Shown: positions 1-9,694 of the stretch, in pieces
How the letters are laid out: the number at the start of each line of letters is the position of its first letter
Numbering within the stretch: the first letter of the stretch is position 1
NCBI GenBank assembly: GCA_964590205.1
Contig: CAZPVO010000001.1
Coordinates: forward strand, 47,873-111,872
From: an uncultured Candidatus Saccharibacteria bacterium
GTDB lineage: Bacteria; Patescibacteriota; Saccharimonadia; Saccharimonadales; JAGQNJ01
DNA length: 64,000 nt
Reading direction: 5' to 3'
Notes under the pieces: model-generated
Database searches by the model: none
What the model was told of the DNA's origin: nothing
Seen by the model: only the letters and a program-made list of their open reading frames with translations
Program-made: the position numbers and the translations under genes

Positions 1-1
1 A

Positions 2-367
2 CTCATCGAAAGCTTGAGTAGTCTAGTTAAAGCCGAAAAAATTCCCAGCTGCTGGGTGAGTGGAATCGGCGGTGCATTGAGCGCACAGCTTGGCTTTTAC
101 GATTTAGATAAAAAAGAATATCAGTGGCGCGACATCGATGAGCTGACAGAAATTACTGGCCTGCAAGGAAACTTAGCCTGGGATGGGCAAGAACCCGTCT
201 GGCATATTCACGGGACATTAGCTAAAGCCGATGGTTCTGCGGTCGGTGGGCATGTTAAAGAATTAGTTGTTGGTGGTACCTGCGAAGTGCTGCTTCACAA
301 ATGGTATGCCGATAATTTGACACGTTCTGAAGACCCAGACGTTGGCCTTAAATTGATAGACCTATGA
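2..367 (+). CDS. PPC/DUF296-fold protein; the 5' end is probably outside the window
   Basis: The frame is open to the window edge, and the TTG at 14 is only the first in-window start. The pattern GIGGAL..A.LGFYD...HIHGTLA..DG...GGHV resembles the PPC (DUF296) domain. The stop overlaps the rsmA start (ATGA). Confidence 0.55.
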   Translation, partial: LIESLSSLVKAEKIPSCWVSGIGGALSAQLGFYDLDKKEYQWRDIDELTEITGLQGNLAWDGQEPVWHIHGTLAKADGSAVGGHVKELVVGGTCEVLLHKWYADNLTRSEDPDVGLKLIDL

Positions 368-1146
368 GCGAATTACCTTATGCCAAAAAAACTTTAGGCC
401 AACACTGGCTGACAGATAGGCCAACGCTTGAGTATATTTGTGATTTTGCCGAAGTTACGGAAAAAGATACGGTGCTCGAAATCGGCCCCGGCGTCGGTAC
501 GCTAACAGAGTATTTAAAGAACAGGGCAGGGCAGGTGATTGCTGTTGAGTACGATGAAAAACTGGCACTCGAGTTAGCTGCAAAATACGCAAACACTAAT
601 GTATCTATAAAATCTGAAGATATTCTGCAATTTGATCTGAGTAGTTTACCAAAAGGCTACAAAGTTGTTGCGAACATTCCGTATTATCTGACCAGCAATT
701 TGCTGCGAGTTTTGTGCGAAGCTGACAATCCACCAGCCAGTATGACACTGTTAGTGCAAAAAGAAGTGGGTGAGCGTATTGCGGCGAAAGCGGGCGATAT
801 GTCGTTGCTCAGCGTAAGTGTGCAGTTTTATTGCGAGGTACATTTAGGGGAAGTGGTGCAAGCGCATTTGTTTACTCCTCCACCGAAAGTCGATTCGCAA
901 GTAATCCGCTTGAACTATCGCAGCAAACCGTTATTCAAAGTTGATACTGACAAGTTTTTTAGAATTGTACGAGCTGGTTTTTCTGAGAGGCGAAAGATGT
1001 TACGCAGCAGTTTAAGTGGGGGGCTACAAATCAGTAAACCTGAGGCTGAAGAACTTTTGCATGAAGCCCATATTAGCCCCGATCAACGAGCCCAAGAGCT
1101 TTCACTCGATCAGTGGTATCAGTTGTACCAAATTATTTATTCGTAA
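364..1146 (+). CDS. rsmA: 16S rRNA (adenine1518/1519-N6)-dimethyltransferase RsmA/KsgA
   Basis: N-terminal KK.LGQHWL motif, SAM-binding VLEIGPGVGTLT and NIPYY motif; 260 aa is typical. Confidence 0.93.
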   Translation: MSELPYAKKTLGQHWLTDRPTLEYICDFAEVTEKDTVLEIGPGVGTLTEYLKNRAGQVIAVEYDEKLALELAAKYANTNVSIKSEDILQFDLSSLPKGYKVVANIPYYLTSNLLRVLCEADNPPASMTLLVQKEVGERIAAKAGDMSLLSVSVQFYCEVHLGEVVQAHLFTPPPKVDSQVIRLNYRSKPLFKVDTDKFFRIVRAGFSERRKMLRSSLSGGLQISKPEAEELLHEAHISPDQRAQELSLDQWYQLYQIIYS

Positions 1147-1166
1147 CTTCCCTGCTCTGCTCGCCA

Positions 1167-1199
1167 ATACTTGACTTGTTAAGTATCGATGTGTACACT
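1167..1199 (+). promoter_or_regulatory. Candidate sigma70-type promoter with an overlapping inverted repeat (possible MarR operator)
   Basis: TTGACT (1171-1176), a 17-nt spacer, then TACACT (1194-1199). The inverted repeat ATACTT (1167-1172) / AAGTAT (1181-1186) straddles the -35. Confidence 0.45.
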
Positions 1200-1224
1200 G
1201 TCCTTAAAGAAAGTAATTTTCACT

Positions 1225-1680
1225 ATGGACTATAAAAATAATCTTGGCTATTTGCTCCACCACATCGGCTTTGTTATGGACCGCCAATCTGACACGCTTT
1301 TGCAAGAACGCCTCGATATAGGGTTTTCGCAGTTTAAGATACTGATGGCACTCAAGTGGCACGCCAGCGTACAGCAGCGACAGATTGCTGACAAGTTAGG
1401 TCAGACCGAAGCTAGTGTCAGCCGACAAATTAAGCTGTTAAAAGAGGCAGGATTTTTAAATGTCACCACAAGTGAAAATAACAAGCGCGAACACATTACA
1501 ACGCTTACAACCAAAGGTGTGAATGTTGTCGACAAAGCTATTCGAGCGCTTAATGACTACTACGCACCAGCCTTCGACCGATTGAGCGCAGCTGAGCAAG
1601 AAGCATTCCGAAAATTATTACAAAATTTGCACCAAGAGTTGTGCAATAGCGATAAACCAGGCGCCTGTCATAAAGCATAG
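1225..1680 (+). CDS. MarR-family transcriptional regulator
   Basis: Winged-HTH pattern (FSQFKILMAL....QQRQIADKLGQTEASVSRQIKLL.EAGFL). The ATG at 1189 in the ORF track overlaps the predicted -10, so the ATG at 1225 (MDYKNNLGYLLHH) is preferred. Confidence 0.85.
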   Translation: MDYKNNLGYLLHHIGFVMDRQSDTLLQERLDIGFSQFKILMALKWHASVQQRQIADKLGQTEASVSRQIKLLKEAGFLNVTTSENNKREHITTLTTKGVNVVDKAIRALNDYYAPAFDRLSAAEQEAFRKLLQNLHQELCNSDKPGACHKA

Positions 1681-1699
1681 AAATTAAGGAGAAAGAAAT

Positions 1700-3361
1700 A
1701 TGGCTGAAATAGCTACTGAAGATATTCCCAAAAATGCGGCTGAATACAAAAAAGGCTTTCGTAAATGGCTGCCAATGGTTGTGCTCAGTATGGCGTTAAT
1801 GATTATTATCATCGATACAACCGTACTGAACGTTTCGCTTAAAGCTATTGTTAATGATCTGCACACTAATTTGCAGGGTATTCAGTGGGTGATCACTGGC
1901 TATGCACTGACTCTTGCGGCTTTTACGATTACTGGCGGACGACTCGGTGATCTGTTTGGGCGTCGCAAAATGTTCATGCTCGGCGCAGTGATTTTTGCCG
2001 TCGGCTCGTTTATTACGTCTATCAGTCATTCCATTGGTGTGATGCTCTCAGGTGAAGCAATTATTGAGGGAATTGGCGCGGCCATGATGATGCCAGCCAC
2101 AGCTTCCCTATTAGTCGCCAACTATAAGGGCCGAGATCGGGCGATTGCGTTTGGTCTGTGGGGAGGTATCGCAGGTGCTTCTTCAGCGATTGGTCCAATT
2201 ATTGGTGGTTATTTGACCACGGCATATAGCTGGCGTTGGGCGTTTCGAATTAACATTGTCGTGGCAATAGTATTACTTATTGGCGCCCTATTTATTGGAG
2301 AATCTCGAGACACGCAAGAAAAACAGGAACTGGATTTTGTAGGTGTTATCCTGTCATCTGCCGGATTGTTTGCATTCGTTTACGGCATTATTGAATCTGC
2401 TAGTTACGGCTGGTGGTTGGCCAAAGCGCCATTTGCTGTTTTGGCGCATAGTTTTAGCCCGGCTGGACTATCGATAACGCCGCTGGCTATCTTTGGCGGA
2501 GTTATTATTTTGATCTTTTTTGCACTGTGGGAAAATCGAGTTGAGAAAGCTGGTCACACACCGCTTGTATCACTTAAACTATTCAAAAACAGGCAATTTA
2601 CATCTGGTGCAAGTACAATTGGTTTAATGTCACTTGCCATGACAGGTACGATTTTTGCACTGCCAGTATTTTTCCAATCGGTACAAAATCTTGATGCATT
2701 GCATACCGGCTTTGCGCTTGTTCCAATGTCAATCGCTGTTCTTATAACCGCACCTCTTTCGGCCAAGCTGGTTAAACATTTCACTGCTAAACGCTTGATT
2801 CAAACAGGACTATTGATTGCAGCATTCGCAAGCGGTCTTATTTATTTCTTGATTACACCAACTGCAACACCTTGGCACATTGCACCAGGTTTGTTCTTGT
2901 TTGGTGCCGGCCTGGGTCTTGTATTTGCCCAAGCCAGCAACCTTACTTTGTCGGCCGTTCCGGTTTCGCAGTCTGGTGAGGCTTCCGGTGTGAACAACAC
3001 ACTGCGACAGGTTGGTGCTTCTTTTGGCTCTGCTATCATCGGCGCTGTTGTGCTCACAACGTTGGCAAGTAGTCTGGCTCGAGGGGTTACACAAAGCACA
3101 GTTATTCCTGACCAGGTTAAGGGTAAAATTGCCAGCTCTGTGTCTGGCCAAGCATCTAGCATTGAACTAAGTGGAACCGGTTCCGACAAAGACACAGCTG
3201 CTCTGCCACAACAAATCAAGCAAGAACTTGTTACCATTGCCCACCAAGCTTCGACTGACGGTAGCCGCAAAGCCATGCTCTACACCGGTGCTTTCTTACT
3301 GGGAGCGTATGGTGTTGCATTTGCCTTGCCTAACACTAAAGAGCTTGATCGCCACGGTTAA
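1700..3361 (+). CDS. MFS transporter, DHA2 (EmrB/QacA-like, 14-TMS) drug:H+ antiporter family
   Basis: GGRLGDLFGRRKMF motif; many hydrophobic segments across 553 aa; strong SD (AAGGAG) upstream; sits directly downstream of marR. Confidence 0.85.
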   Translation: MAEIATEDIPKNAAEYKKGFRKWLPMVVLSMALMIIIIDTTVLNVSLKAIVNDLHTNLQGIQWVITGYALTLAAFTITGGRLGDLFGRRKMFMLGAVIFAVGSFITSISHSIGVMLSGEAIIEGIGAAMMMPATASLLVANYKGRDRAIAFGLWGGIAGASSAIGPIIGGYLTTAYSWRWAFRINIVVAIVLLIGALFIGESRDTQEKQELDFVGVILSSAGLFAFVYGIIESASYGWWLAKAPFAVLAHSFSPAGLSITPLAIFGGVIILIFFALWENRVEKAGHTPLVSLKLFKNRQFTSGASTIGLMSLAMTGTIFALPVFFQSVQNLDALHTGFALVPMSIAVLITAPLSAKLVKHFTAKRLIQTGLLIAAFASGLIYFLITPTATPWHIAPGLFLFGAGLGLVFAQASNLTLSAVPVSQSGEASGVNNTLRQVGASFGSAIIGAVVLTTLASSLARGVTQSTVIPDQVKGKIASSVSGQASSIELSGTGSDKDTAALPQQIKQELVTIAHQASTDGSRKAMLYTGAFLLGAYGVAFALPNTKELDRHG

Positions 3362-3595
3362 AAACCAGTAGCTGGCCAATAAAATAAAGAACCTCCTTTC
3401 TAGGGAGTTGTTAAAGTTGATATGCAAACCGCGGACCTTGCGAGGATAGTCCGCGGCGCACAACAATTTAGACGACAAATCCCTTGATCCAGAGGAACCA
3501 AGGGCTTTGACAACCGCGATTCTACGAGCTTGGTTTTTGCATTGCAAGCACAAGCCCAACAAATTGCGCAATATTACAACAACTCGCCGTAGGGG

Positions 3596-3626
3596 TTGAC
3601 AAGAGGTGTAGCTTAAGCATTATAAT
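3596..3626 (+). promoter_or_regulatory. Candidate promoter for the 3675 gene
   Basis: TTGACA (3596-3601), then ATTATA after a 17-nt spacer or TATAAT (3621-3626) after a 19-nt spacer. Confidence 0.5.
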
Positions 3627-3674
3627 AAAGTTAATATGGTGAGAATAAAAACTACGAAAGTAAAGGCAGACTAA

Positions 3675-4391
3675 ATGAGAGAGCGACCTGTGGACACTCC
3701 CCAGGTCGAAAGTTTGCCGCCCTTTGAATTCCGCCTCAGAAAAATAGACCAGAGGATGCCCACGCCTGTTGATGATTTTGGCCGTGTAGATAAACTACAG
3801 TTAATTACTGATGTGAGAGCTACGCTCAGCGATACCTACGAAGTTCCTTTTGATCTAAACGACCACCACATATACTGGTCAAAAAATAGATTTATAAGCG
3901 TACCAATTATAAGGGGGCGTCTTCTGGCCAAGGAATTTCGTGATCTCCCGTCTAATAGAATGCGATTGCCAATAATCTTTCACAACTGGTTACATCGCAT
4001 TACTGAAAAAGCAATTGTGCCTGATGATGATGTCATGCATCACACGGTTGAAGCAGAAAAAACAGGGGAAGATATTCTCCATGGTATTTTTACCAAACCA
4101 GAATGGAAGCTTATCGAACGGCGACGATATTTAGAGAAAGAAAATAGACTCGTGCCAGACGATCCAAAAGTTATCACAATTGCTGCCATTGAAGAGATCA
4201 TCCTAAATAATCTGGTTCAAGTTAAAGATGAGCTAAAACAAATGGGCAAAATTCCAGAGGCATTTAGAACTGTTGAGCCAGATCTGCCGACGCTGCAACT
4301 TGTCAGGCAAATAGGACGGCTTGCCACACCTGACTCTCTTATGTTTGCCCGAATGGTAAACGAACCAGTTGAAGAAGCGCTCGCCGCATAA
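3675..4391 (+). CDS. Hypothetical protein (238 aa) with a weak His-Me/HNH-like motif
   Basis: Long ORF downstream of a near-consensus promoter, with no family recognised. The DHHIYW ... SNRMRLPIIFHNWLH spacing loosely resembles DHH..N..HN..H of HNH nucleases, but that is not conclusive. Confidence 0.6.
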   Translation: MRERPVDTPQVESLPPFEFRLRKIDQRMPTPVDDFGRVDKLQLITDVRATLSDTYEVPFDLNDHHIYWSKNRFISVPIIRGRLLAKEFRDLPSNRMRLPIIFHNWLHRITEKAIVPDDDVMHHTVEAEKTGEDILHGIFTKPEWKLIERRRYLEKENRLVPDDPKVITIAAIEEIILNNLVQVKDELKQMGKIPEAFRTVEPDLPTLQLVRQIGRLATPDSLMFARMVNEPVEEALAA

Positions 4392-4440
4392 AGACACAAC
4401 AGTTTTCCAAACACCGTTTTTATGAGTAAAATCTTAGAAA

Positions 4441-4620
4441 ATGAATAATTATTCCATATTTAATAAGCAGCCAATTATCGAACGGTTGGATTTGTTTGCG
4501 CCCGGGATGGCTCAGCATATTACGCCGATCAAATACGAGGTGATGTACTACTTAAGTGAAATGGCAGGCCAGCACAGCTTAAGGATTATTGAGCCCGAAC
4601 CAACAGCGGAACAAGCATAA
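4441..4620 (+). CDS. Possible small ORF (59 aa), unknown function
   Basis: ATG...TAA, below the ORF-track cutoff, with no clear SD. Its stop codon lies inside the GCATAAGC box. Confidence 0.25.
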   Translation: MNNYSIFNKQPIIERLDLFAPGMAQHITPIKYEVMYYLSEMAGQHSLRIIEPEPTAEQA

Positions 4621-4638
4621 GCTTCTTACGACAGTAGT
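4613..4638 (+). repeat. 26-nt direct repeat, copy 1 (AAGCATAAGCTTCTTACGACAGTAGT)
   Basis: 23/26 identical to 5315-5340 in the same orientation, 702 bp apart. Confidence 0.85.
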
Positions 4639-4649
4639 GTAAGCGTATC

Positions 4650-5237
4650 TTATTTATAAGTCAGCTTACTTGCTAGGGCTTGGTCACTCTCAAGTGTTGC
4701 ATTGGTTGGCGAGCCGGAATAACTGGTTATGATGTACCAGTTGCCGTTTTTCAGAACATTAAGTTGCTTATAGGTTGGGTTGTAATAGGCTTTTTCGCCC
4801 AGACCAGTAACATCTTGAACACCGGCTGGTTTTTTAGCACCAAATTGATCATTATTGGTCGCTGCACCAGTACTGGTTTTAGCTGAACGTACGAGGATGC
4901 TTACACCTTTAGTATTATTTGGCTTAGTGGCACTTGGATCGATTTTTACAGTGTAAACACAGTTTGTGACCGAAACATCATCACTTGAAGCATTCCCAGC
5001 CGAAGTGTCACCCTTGGTAGCTGTGGCGCCCAAGACTTCATTAGCAATGTTCTGCGTCAATACATCACAGGCATCAACATTAACAATTGCTGCCGAACCA
5101 GTTTTAACTTCTACGCTTTGTCCGGTATTGGTGTTAGTAACAGTTGCTTTATTATTGTTATGTAGGACTACATAAGTTCCGACGGCAGCTCCTACAACCA
5201 CAACACCACCGACAATTCCTAAAACTAGTTTGTTCAT
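4650..5237 (-). CDS. Membrane-anchored or secreted hypothetical protein (195 aa)
   Basis: GAGGAGG SD precedes the ATG at 5237 (MNKLVLGIVGGVVVVGAAVG signal anchor). The mature part is T/N/S-rich, and no family was recognised. Confidence 0.7.
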   Translation of the reverse strand: MNKLVLGIVGGVVVVGAAVGTYVVLHNNNKATVTNTNTGQSVEVKTGSAAIVNVDACDVLTQNIANEVLGATATKGDTSAGNASSDDVSVTNCVYTVKIDPSATKPNNTKGVSILVRSAKTSTGAATNNDQFGAKKPAGVQDVTGLGEKAYYNPTYKQLNVLKNGNWYIITSYSGSPTNATLESDQALASKLTYK

Positions 5238-5314
5238 AACTCCTCCTCTTTGCAAATTCTTACTTGTTTCTCAGTATAGGCTCGGTTTATAGACCTGACA
5301 AGAGTTACTTGTAG

Positions 5315-5340
5315 AAGCATAAGCTTCTTGCAAAAGTAGT
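5315..5340 (+). repeat. 26-nt direct repeat, copy 2 (AAGCATAAGCTTCTTGCAAAAGTAGT), overlapping the ssrA -35
   Basis: See copy 1. This copy contains TTGCAA at 5328-5333. Confidence 0.85.
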
Positions 5341-5356
5341 TCAAAAAGGATATAAT
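5328..5356 (+). promoter_or_regulatory. ssrA promoter
   Basis: TTGCAA (5328-5333), a 17-nt spacer, then TATAAT (5351-5356), ending 10 nt upstream of the tmRNA 5' GGGG. Confidence 0.65.
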
Positions 5357-5366
5357 ACTTCGTTAC

Positions 5367-5763
5367 GGGGCTGAATTTTAAGCTCGACGTGGGACATTTT
5401 TGGTTAGATAGCAGGTCGCTTATCAGCGTTATAGGTAAAACCAAGCAATTGCAAAATTACTTGATCGCGCAGTAGCATTTGTTGGTAACATGTTTAGTGT
5501 TCCACGATTGTCACTCGCAACAGCTAGTTTTAGATAACTAGCCGCGCCTCAATCGACGCCAGATAGACTGAGTGTGCGCCATATTTTCTGGACGCTCACT
5601 AATAAGTTGACTCCTTTTTAGTGCTAAGACTTTAGAGTCTGCAGAATTCGTTTTTTTGTCTGTTTAGAAGACGTATTCCCAAGACACCTTAAACAGACTA
5701 AACCTGTAGAATGCTAACTGATACATCTTGCGGACGTGGGTGCAATACCCACCAGCTCCACCA
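5367..5763 (+). ncRNA. ssrA: Transfer-messenger RNA (tmRNA, SsrA)
   Basis: The 5' GGGGCTG pairs with the 3' CAGCTCCACCA, giving a G3:U acceptor stem like tRNA-Ala. A T-arm-like GTGGGTGCAATACCCAC lies just before the 3' end. Length is about 397 nt. The internal tag frame is tentatively GGT AAA ACC AAG CAA TTG CAA AAT TAC TTG ATC GCG CAG TAG. Confidence 0.93.
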
Positions 5764-5768
5764 TAAAG

Positions 5769-5794
5769 GCTTGAACGAAAGTTCGAGCTTTTTT
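5769..5794 (+). terminator. Rho-independent terminator of ssrA
   Basis: Stem GCTTGAAC / GTTCGAGC (one G:U pair), GAAA loop, followed by TTTTTT. Confidence 0.8.
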
Positions 5795-5931
5795 GATCTT
5801 GACGCTTGAGGTAAATAGTGCTAATGTATAGTCAATATTGTTTCTTTTTGAATCCGAGAATTGTTTAGATATTACTTTGGCTTCACAGATGCAGTTAAAG
5901 TATTACTAAATAACAGAAGGATTCTTTTTTA

Positions 5932-7152
5932 ATGCCCTCATATCATTCATCGGGCCGTTCTAACTTTAGAGCTCGCTCAAATCGCACGCATAGTAATAAC
6001 CGTTTTGGCGGCGGAAATCGCCCACGTTCTAATCGCGGACCAGCAAAGCAATATATTGACCCTGCCAAGTTCGTCCAACAAGCGACTGTCCAGAGCGACG
6101 CTCCTTACGAACCAACGCATACTTTTAGCGACTTCGAGGTTCAACCGCTCATAAAAACCAACATTGCCCAAAAAGGCTTTGTGACACCTTCGCCTATTCA
6201 GGATCAGGCAATTCCACATATTCTGGAGGGCAGAGATGTTATTGGGGTTGCTAGCACCGGAACTGGTAAAACGGCTGCTTTTGGCATACCGATTTTGAGC
6301 AAACTACTTGCGCAGCCACGCAATAAAGTGCTTATTATGGCGCCAACCCGCGAACTTGCTCAACAAATTAATGAAGATTTTCGTTCGATTGCCAGTGGCG
6401 GCAGACTACGAAGTGCGCTATTAATTGGCGGCTCAAGTATTGGTCGGCAAATCCAGGATCTCCGGAGCAATCCCCAGATCATTATTGGTACACCTGGTCG
6501 TATCAAGGATCATATTAATCGCCGAACGCTTGCGACTCACACTATTAATTATGTTGTGCTCGATGAAGTCGATCGAATGCTCGACATGGGCTTTATTAAC
6601 GATATTCGCCAAATACTCGGAACTTTGCCTGAGCAGCGTCAATCGCTATTTTTCTCGGCAACTCTTGATGCCAAAGTCGCTGGTCTGATCCAGCAGTTTT
6701 CAAATGATCCTGTGACTGTGTCGGTAAAAACCAGCAACAGCAGCGAGAATGTCAACCAAGATGTGATAGCCTACAGTTCAAAACAAGATCAAATGGATAA
6801 GCTGCATAATTTGCTGATAAAGAATGATGTCGAAAAAATCATTGTGTTTGATGAAACACATCGCAGTGTTGATCGCTTGCATAAAGAACTCGTGGCTCGT
6901 GGCTTTTCAGCAGATTCAATTCACGGTGGTAAAACGCAGGGCCAGCGCAAGCGAGCTTTAGACAACTTTAAAACCAATCAGGTGAATATCTTAGTTGCAA
7001 CTGATGTTGCGGCTCGTGGAATTGATGTTAGTGACATTACCCATGTGGTTAACTACACGCTTCCGCAGTCATACGATGATTATATTCATCGGATTGGACG
7101 AGCTGGACGAGCTGGCAAAATTGGCTATGCTTTAACATTTATTTCTAACTAG
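5932..7152 (+). CDS. DEAD-box ATP-dependent RNA helicase (motif II variant DEVD) with an R/G/N-rich N-terminal extension
   Basis: Q-motif region, ASTGTGKTAAF (motif I), VLDEVDRML (motif II), SAT, and HRIGRAGRAG (motif VI). Confidence 0.92.
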   Translation: MPSYHSSGRSNFRARSNRTHSNNRFGGGNRPRSNRGPAKQYIDPAKFVQQATVQSDAPYEPTHTFSDFEVQPLIKTNIAQKGFVTPSPIQDQAIPHILEGRDVIGVASTGTGKTAAFGIPILSKLLAQPRNKVLIMAPTRELAQQINEDFRSIASGGRLRSALLIGGSSIGRQIQDLRSNPQIIIGTPGRIKDHINRRTLATHTINYVVLDEVDRMLDMGFINDIRQILGTLPEQRQSLFFSATLDAKVAGLIQQFSNDPVTVSVKTSNSSENVNQDVIAYSSKQDQMDKLHNLLIKNDVEKIIVFDETHRSVDRLHKELVARGFSADSIHGGKTQGQRKRALDNFKTNQVNILVATDVAARGIDVSDITHVVNYTLPQSYDDYIHRIGRAGRAGKIGYALTFISN

Positions 7153-7169
7153 CCTTACGAGCAAAGAAA

Positions 7170-8993
7170 ATGAACCAAGATCCAACTAAAATTCGAAACA
7201 TTGCGATTATCGCTCACGTTGACCACGGTAAAACAACCTTGGTGGATGGGCTGTTAAAACAATCTCAAACCTTCCGAGACAACCAGGCCGAGATGGGACA
7301 AGACCTGATTATGGACAGCGGCGACCAGGAAAAAGAGCGGGGCATTACCATTACTGCCAAGGTTACAGCGGTTCAGCACGGTGACTATCGTATAAACATT
7401 ATTGACACTCCAGGACACGCTGATTTTAGTGGCGAAGTAGAACGAACACTTAATATGGCTGATGGCTGCATTTTGATTGTTGATGCCCAGGAAGGCCCAA
7501 TGCCTCAAACCAAATTTGTTCTGAGTAAAGCACTGGCGAGTGAGCTAAAACCAATTGTGATTATCAACAAAATCGACAAGTCAGGCAGTCGAATTAAAGA
7601 GGTAGAAGACGAGCTAGCTGATTTGTTTTTAGAGCTGGCCGTGCACGAAGACCAACTTCACTACCCTGTTTATTACGCTGTTGGCCGCGCTGGTAAAGCC
7701 TGGCAGGAAATTCCAATCGACAGCGAGGCAGACGGAAACTTAGAGCCAATCTTCGACGCAATTGTTGAACATATCCCGGCTCCGACCATTGAAATTGATA
7801 AGCCATTTCAAATGCTCGTAACGGCGCTTGCTTGGGATAGTTTTAAGGGTAAATATGCAATTGGCCGAATTACGAGAGGCACAGTTAAGGCTGGTGATGT
7901 CGCCACACTTTGCAAAAAAGATGGATCGCTCGTAAAAACCAAAATCGATAAGGTTTATATGAGTCATGGAGTAAGCAAGTTTGAAGTCGAACAAGGAGTG
8001 GCGGGCGACATCGTACAGCTTACCGGAATTGCCGATGCACAAATTGGGGAGACAATTGCTGACGCTGAGAATCCAGAAGCTTTGCCTGTACTGGAAGTCG
8101 AAGCGCCAACGCTCAAAATTTACCTTGGCCCAAACACCTCACCATTCAAGGGTACAGAAGGTGAATTTAGCACATCCCGACAAATTGGCGACCGCTTGCA
8201 GAAAGAATTAGAAACTAATGTTGGCTTACGCGTAGAAGAACAGGGCATTGGCTTTTTAGTGTCTGGTCGTGGTGAGTTGCATCTGAGCGTGCTGATCGAA
8301 ACCATGCGCCGCGAAGGCTTTGAATTTGAAGTTGGCCGGCCGCAAGTAGTGACTAAAGAACAAGATGGCCAAACCGTAGAGCCAGTTGAAGAACTTATTA
8401 TCGAGGTTCCAGCCGAGCACGTTGGCACAGTTCAACAGGAACTTGGCGCTCGTCGAGCGACTCTTAAAGAACAGTTTGCTAGCCCCAAAGGTGTGACAAA
8501 ATTAGTATACGAAATACCAACTCGGGCCTTCCTAGGACTTCGCAATATTCTTATGACCAGCACTAAAGGAACAGTTATCATGAACAGCCTGATGGTTGGC
8601 TACGAACCACTCGGCCAGTCGCTCCAACAACTGCGAAACGGCGTATTAATTGCATACGAGACAGGCATAACAACACCGTATGCACTGCAAACTGCCGAGG
8701 AGCGAGGCACATGTTTTGTGGGCGCAGCTGAAAAGGTTTATGCCGGTCAGATTGTTGGGCTCAACAAGCGAGGTGATGATATGGAAATAAATGTTTGCAA
8801 AGCTAAACACCTGACAAATATGCGCAGCAGCTCGAGTGATGGCGTGGTTCAACTAACGCCGCCAACCATTTTTAGCCTGGAGCAATGCATTGATTTTATC
8901 GAAAACGATGAATTACTCGAGGTCACGCCAAAATCACTTCGACTGCGCAAAAAAGAACTAGACCCCAACAAGCGCAAACGTCTGAATAAATAA
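7170..8993 (+). CDS. typA: Translational GTPase TypA/BipA
   Basis: [32 protein letters not shown]; 607 aa; EF-G-like domain order without domain IV. Confidence 0.95.
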   Translation: MNQDPTKIRNIAIIAHVDHGKTTLVDGLLKQSQTFRDNQAEMGQDLIMDSGDQEKERGITITAKVTAVQHGDYRINIIDTPGHADFSGEVERTLNMADGCILIVDAQEGPMPQTKFVLSKALASELKPIVIINKIDKSGSRIKEVEDELADLFLELAVHEDQLHYPVYYAVGRAGKAWQEIPIDSEADGNLEPIFDAIVEHIPAPTIEIDKPFQMLVTALAWDSFKGKYAIGRITRGTVKAGDVATLCKKDGSLVKTKIDKVYMSHGVSKFEVEQGVAGDIVQLTGIADAQIGETIADAENPEALPVLEVEAPTLKIYLGPNTSPFKGTEGEFSTSRQIGDRLQKELETNVGLRVEEQGIGFLVSGRGELHLSVLIETMRREGFEFEVGRPQVVTKEQDGQTVEPVEELIIEVPAEHVGTVQQELGARRATLKEQFASPKGVTKLVYEIPTRAFLGLRNILMTSTKGTVIMNSLMVGYEPLGQSLQQLRNGVLIAYETGITTPYALQTAEERGTCFVGAAEKVYAGQIVGLNKRGDDMEINVCKAKHLTNMRSSSSDGVVQLTPPTIFSLEQCIDFIENDELLEVTPKSLRLRKKELDPNKRKRLNK

Positions 8994-9110
8994 TTCTTTA
9001 GCGAAACGCTTATGTAGCAGCTATCTTTTTACATGGTGCTTTGAAATTTACAACATCCTGGCGTATAGTTATATCCAAGTAAACATTAGCATTTTGCAAA
9101 GGAAAAACAG

Positions 9111-9650
9111 ATGGCAAAGAAAAAAACGAATAGCGATAAGACACTTTATGCATTAGCAGTCGCAAGAATGTTGCTCGGACTTGTATTTATATGGGCATTT
9201 CTTGATAAATTACTCGGGCTTGGTTTTTCGACTTGTCGAGATGCCAAAACTAATGCTGTAACTACAATGTGTAGCAAAGCGTGGATTAACGGTGGTTCAC
9301 CGACCACAGGTTTTCTAAAACTTGCTACCAGAGGCCCGCTTGTTAATTTCTACCACGGCTTAGCTGGTAACGGCTTTGTTGATGTGTTATTTATGGCTGG
9401 CCTGCTCTTAATCGGGCTGGCGCTGTTTAGTGGTATTGGCATGAAGATTGCTACCGTAACAGGTTCGTTGCTGCTGCTTATGATGTATACGGCTGCATTG
9501 CCACCGACAACTCATCCGTTCCTTGATGATCATATTATCTATATAACGCTTTTGATGGCGTTGTTGTTCAGTAATTCTCAGCAAAAATGGGGACTACGCG
9601 ACTGGTGGGTTAAGCAATCTTTCGTGAAGCGAATGCCGATTTTGGAATAA
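9111..9650 (+). CDS. DoxX-family integral membrane protein
   Basis: Four hydrophobic segments. The N-terminal ALAVARMLLGLVFIWAFLDKLLG resembles the DoxX/DoxD signature helix. Confidence 0.5.
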   Translation: MAKKKTNSDKTLYALAVARMLLGLVFIWAFLDKLLGLGFSTCRDAKTNAVTTMCSKAWINGGSPTTGFLKLATRGPLVNFYHGLAGNGFVDVLFMAGLLLIGLALFSGIGMKIATVTGSLLLLMMYTAALPPTTHPFLDDHIIYITLLMALLFSNSQQKWGLRDWWVKQSFVKRMPILE

Positions 9651-9694
9651 TCAGCTTGAACAAACCATTAGCATTAGGTAACTTTTAAGTAAGT

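Noticed and set aside
3296-3571. 91-aa minus-strand ORF in the spacer after the MFS gene
   Set aside because: It has an odd C/R/L-rich composition and no SD. It spans hairpins and the end of the MFS gene, so it is more likely non-coding.
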